From Candidatus Rokuibacteriota bacterium (GTDB lineage: Bacteria; Methylomirabilota; Methylomirabilia; Rokubacteriales; CSP1-6): 64,000 nucleotides of DNA. The position numbers and the translations under genes are program-made. The notes under the pieces were generated by a model. The model saw nothing but the letters and a program-made list of their open reading frames with translations. It searched no databases and had not been told where the DNA came from. Below are positions 18,400-26,184 of the stretch, piece after piece (position 1 is the stretch's first letter; each line of letters opens with the position of its first letter). Where the stretch lies: assembly GCA_003220315.1 (NCBI GenBank), contig QHSA01000133.1, positions 14,843 through 78,842 of the forward strand, in the 5' to 3' direction.

Positions 18400-19995
18400 T
18401 CAGAACTTCACGGGCTCCTTGTGCTCCCCGAAGACGTCCTTCAGGGCGCGCGCGATCTCGCCGAGCGTCGCGTACGCCTTCACGGCCTCCACGATCGGGT
18501 CCATGAGATTGCCCGCGGCCCGCGCTTCGTCACGGAGGCGCGCGAGCGCGCGCGCCACGGCGCCCCCGTCCCGGTCCCGGCGAATCCGTTCGAGTCGTGC
18601 GATCTGGGCGGCGGCGACCTGCGGGTCGGAGGCGTACAGCTCGACCTCGCGGTCGGCCGCGGCGGGCGTGTCGCCGACGTGGCAGTTGGCGCCGACCTTC
18701 GGGATCTCACCGGAGGCGAGCTTCTGCTCGAAGCGGTACGCCTGGCGCGCGACCTCGGCCTGGAGGGCGCCGCTCTTCACGGCCTCGACGATGCCGCCCA
18801 TCCGTTCGACCCGGGCCATCTCCTCGAGGATCTCCGTCTCCATGGCGCTCGTCAGCGCCTCGACATAGTACGAGCCCCCGAGCGGGTCCACCGTGTCTGC
18901 CGCGCCGGACTCCTCGGCACAGATCTGCATGGTGCGGAGCGCGATGAGCTGCGCCTTCGCCGACGGGATCGTGTACGCCTCGTCGTAGGTCGGCAAGGCC
19001 ATGGTCTGCGCGCCGGCCAACGCCGCGGCGAGCGCGATGTACGCGCCCCGGACGATGTTGTTCTCGGGCTCCTGGACCACGAACGCCGAGCCGCCGCCCC
19101 CGATCAGCGTCCGAAACATCCACGACTTCGGATTCGTCGCGCCGAACCGCTCGCGCAGCATGCGCGCGTACAGGCGCCGGCCCGCGCGGAATTTCGCGAC
19201 CTCCTCGAAGATCTTCCCCCATGCCGTGAAGTTGAACGAGATCCGCGGGGCGAAATCGTCGACGGAGATCCCGCGCGCGAGCATGCGCTCGATGTACGCG
19301 GCCGCGATCAACAGCCCGTACGCCATCTCCTGCGCCGTCGTGCAGCCCGCCTCGCGGATGTGGTAGCCGCACACCGAGACCGGATTCGAGCGCGGATAAC
19401 GCTTCGCCGAGAACTCGACGAGGTCCGCCACGAGCCGCAGGGACGGCTCGACGGGGTAGATCCACGTGCCCCGCGCGACGAATTCCTTGAGGATGTCGTT
19501 CTGGGGTGTCGTGACGACCCGGTCGGCCGCGGCGCCCTGCTTCTCGGCGACGACGTAGTACATGGCCGTGATCGGCGCCGCCATCCCGTTGATCGTGAGG
19601 GAGACGCTGACGCGGTCGAGCGGAATGCCAGCGAACGCGTCCTCCATGTCGGCCAGCGTGTCGATCGCCATCCCGACCCGGCCCACCTCGCCCTCGGCGC
19701 GCGGGTCGTCGGAGTCGAGACCCAACTGAGTGGGCAGGTCGAAGGCGACGTTCAGGGCGTCCTGTCCGTGCGCCATCAAGTACTTGAATCGGCCATTCGT
19801 CTCCGTCGGTGTGCCGAAGCCGACGTACTGGCGCATCGTCCAGAGGCGCTCGCGGTACATCGTCGAGTGGATGCCCCGCGTGAACGGGTACTCGCCGGGG
19901 CGGCCGATGTCGCGCCCGACGTCGACGTCGGCCAGGTCCTCGGGCCCGTAGAGGGGCTTGATCGGAAAGCCCGCGTGCGTTCGTAGCTCCTTCAT
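18400..19995 (-). CDS. Methylmalonyl-CoA mutase family catalytic (substrate-binding) subunit
   Basis: 531 aa; MCM N-terminal TIM-barrel motifs (RGIHSTMYRERLWTMRQYVGFGT); lacks a B12 domain, which is supplied by the upstream gene. Confidence 0.9.
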   Translation of the reverse strand: MKELRTHAGFPIKPLYGPEDLADVDVGRDIGRPGEYPFTRGIHSTMYRERLWTMRQYVGFGTPTETNGRFKYLMAHGQDALNVAFDLPTQLGLDSDDPRAEGEVGRVGMAIDTLADMEDAFAGIPLDRVSVSLTINGMAAPITAMYYVVAEKQGAAADRVVTTPQNDILKEFVARGTWIYPVEPSLRLVADLVEFSAKRYPRSNPVSVCGYHIREAGCTTAQEMAYGLLIAAAYIERMLARGISVDDFAPRISFNFTAWGKIFEEVAKFRAGRRLYARMLRERFGATNPKSWMFRTLIGGGGSAFVVQEPENNIVRGAYIALAAALAGAQTMALPTYDEAYTIPSAKAQLIALRTMQICAEESGAADTVDPLGGSYYVEALTSAMETEILEEMARVERMGGIVEAVKSGALQAEVARQAYRFEQKLASGEIPKVGANCHVGDTPAAADREVELYASDPQVAAAQIARLERIRRDRDGGAVARALARLRDEARAAGNLMDPIVEAVKAYATLGEIARALKDVFGEHKEPVKF

Positions 19996-20378
19996 GTCTC
20001 CCTCGCCTCCTTCGTGAACGCGGCGACGATGTCCGGCAGCGGTGTGCCCATCGGGAACACGCGCGCGACGCCGAGCTTCCGGAGCTCCTCCACGTCGCGC
20101 GGCGGGATGATGCCGCCCACGACGACCCTGACCTCCCCGGCGCCGTGCGCCCGCAGCCCCTCGAGCACGCGGCGCGAGAGGAGCACGTGGGCGCCCGACA
20201 GCACCGAGAGCCCGACCACGTCTACGTCCTCCTGGATCGCCGCCCGCACGATCTCGTCCGGCGTCCGCTTGAGCCCCGAGTAGACGACCTCGACCCCCGC
20301 GTCGCGGAGCGCCTGCGCCACGACCTTCGCGCCGCGGTCGTGGCCGTCGAGCCCCGGCTTGGCGATCAGGACCTTCAC
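19992..20378 (-). CDS. Cobalamin (B12)-binding domain subunit of acyl-CoA mutase
   Basis: 128 aa; DGHDRG B12-binding motif; GTG start 20378 overlapped by the TGA of the R1 mini-ORF; its TGA overlaps the mutase ATG (ATGA). Confidence 0.9.
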   Translation of the reverse strand: MKVLIAKPGLDGHDRGAKVVAQALRDAGVEVVYSGLKRTPDEIVRAAIQEDVDVVGLSVLSGAHVLLSRRVLEGLRAHGAGEVRVVVGGIIPPRDVEELRKLGVARVFPMGTPLPDIVAAFTKEARET

Positions 20379-20652
20379 TGTAGCGAAGTCCGCGAGGCCG
20401 GCGCCATCGGTGGGTGGCCTGAGACCAGGCGCGACCCGGCTCCGGTCCCCATGTCGTGTCTCATTCCAACAGGGTCCGCGAGGCCGGCGCCAGCGGTGGG
20501 TGGCCGTCGGACTGACCGCCCTTCGAGCGCGGGCTTCGCCCGCGCAACCGATCCTGGGGGAGGCTCGGAGGGGGCCGTCGAGGCCCCCTTCGATGAGGTG
20601 GGTGGCCTGAGACCAGGCGCGACCCGGCTCCGGTCGTCCCGGCGCTATTCAT
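20375..20652 (-). repeat. R1-family element (two units, the distal one interrupted by a nested R3 element) forming 63- and 29-codon chained mini-ORFs
   Basis: ATG 20652 lies 2 codons before the metallophosphoesterase TAG (ATGAATAG). Mini-ORF1 reads through R1-partial, R3 and R1 to TGA 20461-20463, which overlaps ATG 20464 of mini-ORF2 (MRHDMGTGAGSRLVSGHPPMAPASRTSLQ). Its TGA 20375-20377 overlaps GTG 20378 of the B12 subunit. Confidence 0.75.
20496..20607. mobile_element. R3 MITE-like element (92 bp) with 10-bp direct target duplication GTGGGTGGCC, nested in R1
   Basis: Insert 20506-20597 flanked by GTGGGTGGCC at 20496-20505 and 20598-20607. Two internal hairpins (GCGCGGGC-TTC-GCCCGCGC; GGGGGCC-GTCGA-GGCCCCC). 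A near-identical copy (3 differences) sits at the same position of a diverged R1 at 27445-27556. Confidence 0.7.
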
Positions 20653-21124
20653 TCGGGAGCTCGAGGATGCGGCCCCGCACGCGCCCATCCTCGACGGTGA
20701 GTCGTCCCACTGCCACGGGAAGCTTGAAGCGGCGGGGGCCGGCGCTTCCCGGATTGAAAAACAGCACGCCGTCCCGCTCCTCCTGCCGCGGCTGGTGACT
20801 GTGGCCGGAAATGACCACGCCGAACCCCGCCGCGCGCGGGTCAAGGCCCAGCGCCGTCACGTCGTGCAGCACGTACAGGAGCACGCCCCCGATCTCGAGA
20901 ACCTGAGTGGACGGAACCTTCTCGGCCCACGCGCCGCGATCATTGTTGCCACGAACGGCCGTCACCGGCGCGATCGCGCCGAGTCGCTCCAGCACGTCCG
21001 GCGTGCCGATGTCCCCGGCGTGGACGATCGCATCGACGCCCCGGAGCGCCACGACCGCCTCGGGCCTCAACCGTCCGTGAGTGTCGGAGATAACGCCCAC
21101 CGATCGCACGCGCGAGCCGCTCAT
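20645..21124 (-). CDS. Metallophosphoesterase (YfcE/MJ0936 family)
   Basis: 159 aa from ATG 21124 (ATGA overlap with upstream DUF35 gene); GVISDTHG ... GDIG ... GNND ... GHSH motifs. Confidence 0.8.
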   Translation of the reverse strand: MSGSRVRSVGVISDTHGRLRPEAVVALRGVDAIVHAGDIGTPDVLERLGAIAPVTAVRGNNDRGAWAEKVPSTQVLEIGGVLLYVLHDVTALGLDPRAAGFGVVISGHSHQPRQEERDGVLFFNPGSAGPRRFKLPVAVGRLTVEDGRVRGRILELPNE

Positions 21125-21549
21125 GCCGGGGCGAACGCCGGCAGCCATCGGGCGTTGCCCTTGGGGTCGTCGGCGACGCGAAGCGGCGCGAGCCGGACGC
21201 GCTGGCCGATCCTGAGCGCCGCCGGGTCGGCGTCGACGAGGGCCGTGAAGACCCGATGGACGTCGACCTTCACGATCGCAAAGACGCGCGGCCCGTCGAA
21301 GCCCGCGGGAAGCCCCGCCTCCTGCAGCGTGAAGGCGTGGAGCGTTCCCTCGCCCGGGAGGTCCACCCATTCGAACCGGTCCGACGCGCACTCGCCGCAG
21401 AAGCCGCGGGGTGGCCACGCCGTCGTGCGGCAGTCGCGGCAGCGGGTGGTCATGAGCCGCCCCGACGCCAGGCGCGTGTAGAACTCGTGAAGCTTCGTGT
21501 GGTCCGCCGACTCCAGCGGGAAGGGGTCGACCGCGCGGAAATAGGTCAC
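21121..21549 (-). CDS. Zn-ribbon/OB-fold protein (DUF35 family, thiolase-associated)
   Basis: GTG 21549 (GTGA overlap); CRDCRTTAWPPRGFCGEC zinc ribbon followed by an OB fold; the family normally partners SCP2-type thiolases. Confidence 0.75.
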   Translation of the reverse strand: MTYFRAVDPFPLESADHTKLHEFYTRLASGRLMTTRCRDCRTTAWPPRGFCGECASDRFEWVDLPGEGTLHAFTLQEAGLPAGFDGPRVFAIVKVDVHRVFTALVDADPAALRIGQRVRLAPLRVADDPKGNARWLPAFAPA

Positions 21550-22645
21550 GCGCCGACCACCGGCCACTTCGACTCGATGGGGAGTCCCGCGCGCGCGATC
21601 TGCCGCCGGGCGAGCTCTTCCACACGTGCGTAGAGCGCCTGCTCGTCGAGCGTCGTGAGCCGCCCCTCGTCGAGGACGATCCGCCCGTCGATCAGCACGG
21701 TCCGCACACTCGCGCCCGTCGCCGCGTAGACGAGGTTGTTCAACGGATTGAGGAGCGGGCGCCACTCGGGAGTGTCCAGGTCGTAGAGCACCAGGTCGGC
21801 GCGCTTGCCCCGCTCGATCGAGCCGATCTCGCGCTCGAGCAAGAGCGCCGCGGCGCCGTGGAGCGTCGCCATCTCGAGGACGCGCTCGGGGCCCATCACG
21901 CCCACGTCGAGGCGCGCGTCCTTGGAGATCGTGGCGGTGAGGTACATGAGCCGCAGCATGTCGAAGTGGTTCGAGCCGTTCCCGCTGTCGCCCCCGAGCG
22001 AGACCGAGACGCCGGCGTCGAGCATCTCGGGGAACCGGCCGTGGGCGACGAGCCCCTTCGTGTGCTTGAGCGCCGCCGACGGGCAGTGAGAGACCTTCAC
22101 GCCACGCGGACCGCGGCGAGCATCTCCTCGTTCGCGCGGAGCGCGTCGGCCGTGGTCTGGCGCATCCGTCCGGATCCGCCCGCGAGGTCCCACGACCAGC
22201 GCCCGAGGATCGCGCGCATCCCGATCGCCTCGACCGCGTCGGCGACCGCCGCGACGTCGAAGAGCGTGCCCGCCTCACAGAAGGTCGTCGTCCCCGTGCG
22301 GATCATCTCGACGCACGCGAGCTGCGCGGAGACCTGCTCCTCCTCCGGGGTCATGACCGCGTAGAGCGGGATGAGCCAGTCGGGGAGGTAGCGGTCCACC
22401 GGGATGTCGTCGAGGAGGAGGCCGCGATTCAAGTGCTCCGAGAGGTGGACGTGCGTGTCGACGAAGCCGGGGAGCACGAGGCGTCGGCGACCGTCGATCA
22501 CCCGGTCGGGCGCACGCGGCGGCCGCACGTCGACGGCGGGGCCCACGTCCACGATGTCCCGGCCGTCCACGAGCACGGCGCCGTCGCGCAGGATGCGCCG
22601 CTCGCGGTCCACGGTGACGACGGTCGCGTGCTCGATGAGGATCAC
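21546..22645 (-). pseudogene. Amidohydrolase (chlorohydrolase / MTA-SAH deaminase family) disrupted by an internal ~75-aa deletion with frame change
   Basis: Frame A 22097-22645 encodes the N-terminal half, from the HxH metal site region (FVDTHVHLSE) to ...RANEEMLAAVRVA*. Frame B resumes at GTG 22100 with VKVSHCPSAALKHTKG (the HxPxSNxKL region) and continues to 21546. The segment that should carry two metal-ligand His motifs is absent. The fragment junction is a GTGA overlap. Confidence 0.5.
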
Positions 22646-23604
22646 TGGTACGCAGCGTCCTCTCGCACCCGCCTGAGCTGCCGGAGCAGCGCACGGACCT
22701 TGGCGGTCTCGAACGTCTCGCGCCGGTCGCCGGCGTAGTCGAAGAACCCGCGCCCCGTCTTCGGGCCGAGCTCTCGCCTCGCGATCTTCTCCTCGACCAG
22801 GCGCGCCGGCTTGAAGCGGTCGTCACCGAGCGCGTCGGCGAGGAAGCGGCTCGCACGGTGGAGGATGTCCACGCCGCCCCAGTCGATGAACTCGAAGATC
22901 CCGACCTGCGCGTAACGGAAGCCCATCCCCGCCCTGAACGCCCGGTCCACGTCCTCGGGCGACGCGACGCCCTCCTCGACGAGGCGGACCGCCTCGTTCA
23001 TGAGCAACGCCTGTAGCCGCGGCCCGATGAACCCCGGCGAGTCGGCGCACCGCACGGGGACCTTCCCGAGCGCCTCGAGGACCTCGATGGCGCGGTCGAC
23101 GACGGCGGCCGTGGTCGCCTGGCCGGCGACGACCTCCACGAGCGGGACGATGTGGGCGGGGTTGAGCCAGTGCGCGACGAGGAAGCGCTCCGGACGCTCT
23201 ACCGCGTCGGCGAGGTGCCTGGGCGCGATCGTCGAGCTCGTCGAGGCGATGATCGCCCCGGCGCCGACGCGGGTCGAGAGGCGCCCCAGCACCTCGCGCT
23301 TGAGGTCGAGCAGCTCCGGCAGCGCCTCCTGCACGAAAGCGCACGCGTCGAGGCCGTCGAGCCCCGTGCGGTCCTCGATCCGGTCGAGCGCCGACGCGAC
23401 GTCGCCGCCCGCGATCACACCCTCCTCGGTCATGAGCCGGAGGTCGCGGGTGATCTCGCGCCGCGCGTCGGCGAAGACGGCGCGCCGCTCCTCGGGCGTG
23501 CGGGCCTTGACGTCGACGAGGAGGACACGGCGCCCGCCCAAGGCGAAGGCGAGCGCGATCTGGCGCCCGATCCTCCCGGGGCCGAGAACCGCGACTGTAT
23601 TCAT
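22642..23604 (-). CDS. 3-hydroxyacyl-CoA dehydrogenase (NAD-binding, HBD/FadB-type)
   Basis: MNTVAVLGPGRIGRQIALAFALGG Rossmann N-terminus; C-terminal 3HCDH dimerisation domain; ATG 23604 is the last start of the R2 tandem array. Confidence 0.9.
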   Translation of the reverse strand: MNTVAVLGPGRIGRQIALAFALGGRRVLLVDVKARTPEERRAVFADARREITRDLRLMTEEGVIAGGDVASALDRIEDRTGLDGLDACAFVQEALPELLDLKREVLGRLSTRVGAGAIIASTSSTIAPRHLADAVERPERFLVAHWLNPAHIVPLVEVVAGQATTAAVVDRAIEVLEALGKVPVRCADSPGFIGPRLQALLMNEAVRLVEEGVASPEDVDRAFRAGMGFRYAQVGIFEFIDWGGVDILHRASRFLADALGDDRFKPARLVEEKIARRELGPKTGRGFFDYAGDRRETFETAKVRALLRQLRRVREDAAYQ

Positions 23605-23868
23605 AGACTCGCCTCGCCGGCGGCTGCGGCTCGTACGACCACGTTCATAGACTCGCCTCGCCGGCGGCTGCGGCTCGTACGACCACGCTCATAGACTCGC
23701 CTCGCCGACGGCTGCGGCTCGTACGACCACGTTCATAGACTCGCCTCGCCGACGGCTGCGGCTCGTACGACCACGTTCATAGACTCGCCTCGCCGGCGGC
23801 TGCGGCTCGTACGACCACGTTCATAGACTCGCCTCGCCGACGGCTGCGGCTCGTACGACCACGTTCAC
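23602..23868 (-). repeat. R2-family 44-bp tandem array (6 ATG units plus 1 GTG unit), each unit a 15-codon mini-ORF
   Basis: Unit CATAGACTCGCCTCGCCG(G/A)CGGCTGCGGCTCGTACGACCACG(T/C)T at 44-bp period, with start codons at 23604, 23648, 23692, 23736, 23780, 23824 (ATG) and 23868 (GTG). On the minus strand each unit reads (M/V)NVVVRAAA(A/V)GEASL-TGA, with the TGA overlapping the next ATG (ATGA). The thiolase TGA (23865-23867) overlaps the first GTG; the last TGA overlaps the dehydrogenase ATG. Confidence 0.85.
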
Positions 23869-25034
23869 GCCGGTTCGCGCCCGTAAATCATCACGACGTG
23901 CTCGCCCATCCCGCTGTTGTTGTGCGTGAGCCCGATCGCCGCGCCGGGCACCTGGCGGGCGCCGGCCTCGTCGCGGAGCTGGACGAAGACCTCCGCCGCC
24001 TGGGCGACGCCGGTGGCGCCGAGCGGGTGACCGCATCCGATCAGCCCGCCGCGCGGGTTCACGACCACGTCGCCGCCGTAGTCGCCGCGCCCCGCGGCGA
24101 CGAACGCGCCCGCCTCGCCCTTGCCGCAGAAGCCGAGCTCCTCGCACGCAATGAGCTCCGCGATCGCGAAGCAGTCGTGTACCTCGGCGAGGTCGACCTC
24201 GCGCGGCGCGATGCCGGCCATCCGGTACGCGGCCTGCGCCGCACGCCTGAGCGCGGGCCACTGGGCGTAGTCCTCGTGGAGCGAGGTGAGCTGGAAGCCG
24301 TCCAGCGCCTGGCCCGTCCCTCGGATCCAGACCGGCTTGTCGGTCAGCCCGCGCGCCCGCTCCTCGCTCGCGAGGATCACCGCCGCGGCGCCGTCGGTGA
24401 TCGGCGAGCACATGAACAGGCGCAAGGGCGTCGCGATCATCCGCGAGCCGAGCACCTGGTCGAGCGTGGCGCCCTTGTTGAAGTGGGCGTTCGGGTTCTT
24501 GGCGGCATGGGTATGGTTTTTCACGCCGACCATCGCGAGCTGCTCCTCGGTCGTCCCGTACGCGGCCATGTGGCGCTGGGCCGCGAGCGCGAAACAGGGC
24601 GGCGCCGTGAGCCCGAAGGCCGCCTCCCACTCGCGGTCCACCCCGGTGCCCATGTTGAGGATCGCCTCCTCGCCCGTCGGCGCGTTGAGCTTCTCGACGC
24701 CGAGCACCATGACGAGGTCGGCGAGCCCCGCGGCGATGAAGGCGTACGCGTAGCGGATCGCGACGGTGCCCGAGGCGCACATGTGCTCGGTCCGCGCGCT
24801 GAGCGCGCTCGGCTTGATTCCGAGCGCCTCGGCGGCGAGCGAGGAAATATGGGACTGGAAGGCCGTGCGCTCCGGCATCACGGAGCCGACGACGAGACCC
24901 TCGACGTCCTTCGGCTTCACCGCAGGGATCGAGTCGAAGCACGCCTTGCCCGCCTCCCAGATGAGGTCGCGGTAGCTCGCCCGGCGCACGCCGAACTTCG
25001 AGACCCCCGCGCCGACCAGCGCGACTCGTCTCAT
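23865..25034 (-). CDS. Thiolase-like protein (SCP2-type thiolase / lipid-transfer protein family)
   Basis: 389 aa; MRRVALVGAGVSKFG N-terminus; active-site Cys region (EHMCASGT); C-terminal GCGHPLGATG. Confidence 0.9.
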   Translation of the reverse strand: MRRVALVGAGVSKFGVRRASYRDLIWEAGKACFDSIPAVKPKDVEGLVVGSVMPERTAFQSHISSLAAEALGIKPSALSARTEHMCASGTVAIRYAYAFIAAGLADLVMVLGVEKLNAPTGEEAILNMGTGVDREWEAAFGLTAPPCFALAAQRHMAAYGTTEEQLAMVGVKNHTHAAKNPNAHFNKGATLDQVLGSRMIATPLRLFMCSPITDGAAAVILASEERARGLTDKPVWIRGTGQALDGFQLTSLHEDYAQWPALRRAAQAAYRMAGIAPREVDLAEVHDCFAIAELIACEELGFCGKGEAGAFVAAGRGDYGGDVVVNPRGGLIGCGHPLGATGVAQAAEVFVQLRDEAGARQVPGAAIGLTHNNSGMGEHVVMIYGREPA

Positions 25035-25711
25035 CTCATCCTCCCGCGCGCACCCGCGTCGATCGCTTCGGCGATCGCCGCGTGTCCGGCCTGGCGGGCC
25101 ACATCCGCCGGCGTTTGCCCCTCGTGGTTCCCGGTCTCTGGATCCGCGCCCGCCGCGAGCAGCAGCCGCACGACCTCGGCGTCGCCGCCGAGCGCAGCCT
25201 CGTGCAGTGGCGTGTGTCCGCCGCTCTGCCGCGCGTTCACGCGCGCGCCCGCGTCGAGCAGGCGACGCATGAGCGCGGCGCCAGCGCGACCGGCTGCGGC
25301 CGCGTGCAACGGCGCGTTGGCGTGGCCGTTGCGCGACGTCGCGTTCACGTCGGCGCCACGCGCCAGCAACACGTCCACCATCGCCGTGTGGCGAAAGTGA
25401 CCCGCGAGGTGCAGCGGCGTCCAGCCATCCGGCGCATGCGCGTTCACGAGCGTCGGGTCGGTGTCGAGCAGCGCGCGCACGCGGTCGACGTCGCCCGCCG
25501 CGGCGGCCTCGAACACGTCGAGCGTGGCGCCCCGGGCGCGCAGGAGCGTCAGGACGTCGGGCGCCCGATGATAGATGGCGAGCAAGACCGGGGTCTCACC
25601 CGACGCGGTGCGCGCGGTCACCAGGCTCGGGTCACGGTCGAGGGCGGCCACCGCCGCCGCTCGATCCCGACCCCTGACCGCCGCCAGCAGTTCGTCCACC
25701 GGGCGCGTCAC
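25031..25711 (-). CDS. Ankyrin-repeat protein
   Basis: GTG 25711 (GTGA overlap); 4-5 ANK repeats (GWTPLHLAGHFRHTAMVDVLLARGADVNA..., GHTPLHEAALGGDAEVVRLLLAAGADPE). Confidence 0.8.
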   Translation of the reverse strand: MTRPVDELLAAVRGRDRAAAVAALDRDPSLVTARTASGETPVLLAIYHRAPDVLTLLRARGATLDVFEAAAAGDVDRVRALLDTDPTLVNAHAPDGWTPLHLAGHFRHTAMVDVLLARGADVNATSRNGHANAPLHAAAAGRAGAALMRRLLDAGARVNARQSGGHTPLHEAALGGDAEVVRLLLAAGADPETGNHEGQTPADVARQAGHAAIAEAIDAGARGRMR

Positions 25712-26184
25712 GGGCGCCTCCGCATGAGGACGCTCTCCTCGTAGCCGCACACGGTGTCGCCCCGCTGGTTCTTCACGACCGCGCTCAAGATCACGACGCC
25801 ACGGTCGGGCCTGGACGTCTCGCGGCACGCCGTGACGGTCATCTCGGTGTGCACGGTGTCGCCGAACTTGACGGGCGCGGTGAAGCGGACCCGGTCGAGC
25901 CCGAGGAGCGCGAGCGTCGTCCCCTCGAACCAGCCCGCGAGGTTCTGCGCGCCGTTGGAGACCGCGAGCGTGAGGATGCCGTGGGCGACGCGCGCGCCAA
26001 ACGGCGTCGTCGTCGCGTACTCCTCGTCCGTGTGGAGCGGGTTGAAGTCGCCCGTGAGCCCGGCGAAGCGCGAGACGTCGCCGCCGTCCACCGTGCGCCG
26101 TCCGGTCACGAGCACCTCGCCGACCTCGAAATCCTCCCAGTAGCGTCCGCGTGGTCGCGACGTCCCTCCCCGTGTCGTCGTCAT
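25708..26184 (-). CDS. MaoC-like (R)-specific enoyl-CoA hydratase / hotdog dehydratase
   Basis: 159 aa; DFNPLHTDEEYA hydratase motif. Confidence 0.85.
   Translation of the reverse strand: MTTTRGGTSRPRGRYWEDFEVGEVLVTGRRTVDGGDVSRFAGLTGDFNPLHTDEEYATTTPFGARVAHGILTLAVSNGAQNLAGWFEGTTLALLGLDRVRFTAPVKFGDTVHTEMTVTACRETSRPDRGVVILSAVVKNQRGDTVCGYEESVLMRRRP

Noticed and set aside
22097-22100. The two amidohydrolase fragments as an intentionally split, translationally coupled enzyme
   Set aside because: The missing segment contains essential metal ligands that neither fragment supplies; a deletion pseudogene is more parsimonious, though assembly error is not excluded.
23602-23868. The 44-bp tandem array as a CRISPR array
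   Set aside because: Units are directly contiguous with no spacers, units are not palindromic CRISPR-type repeats, and no cas genes are present; the array is part of a translated junction.
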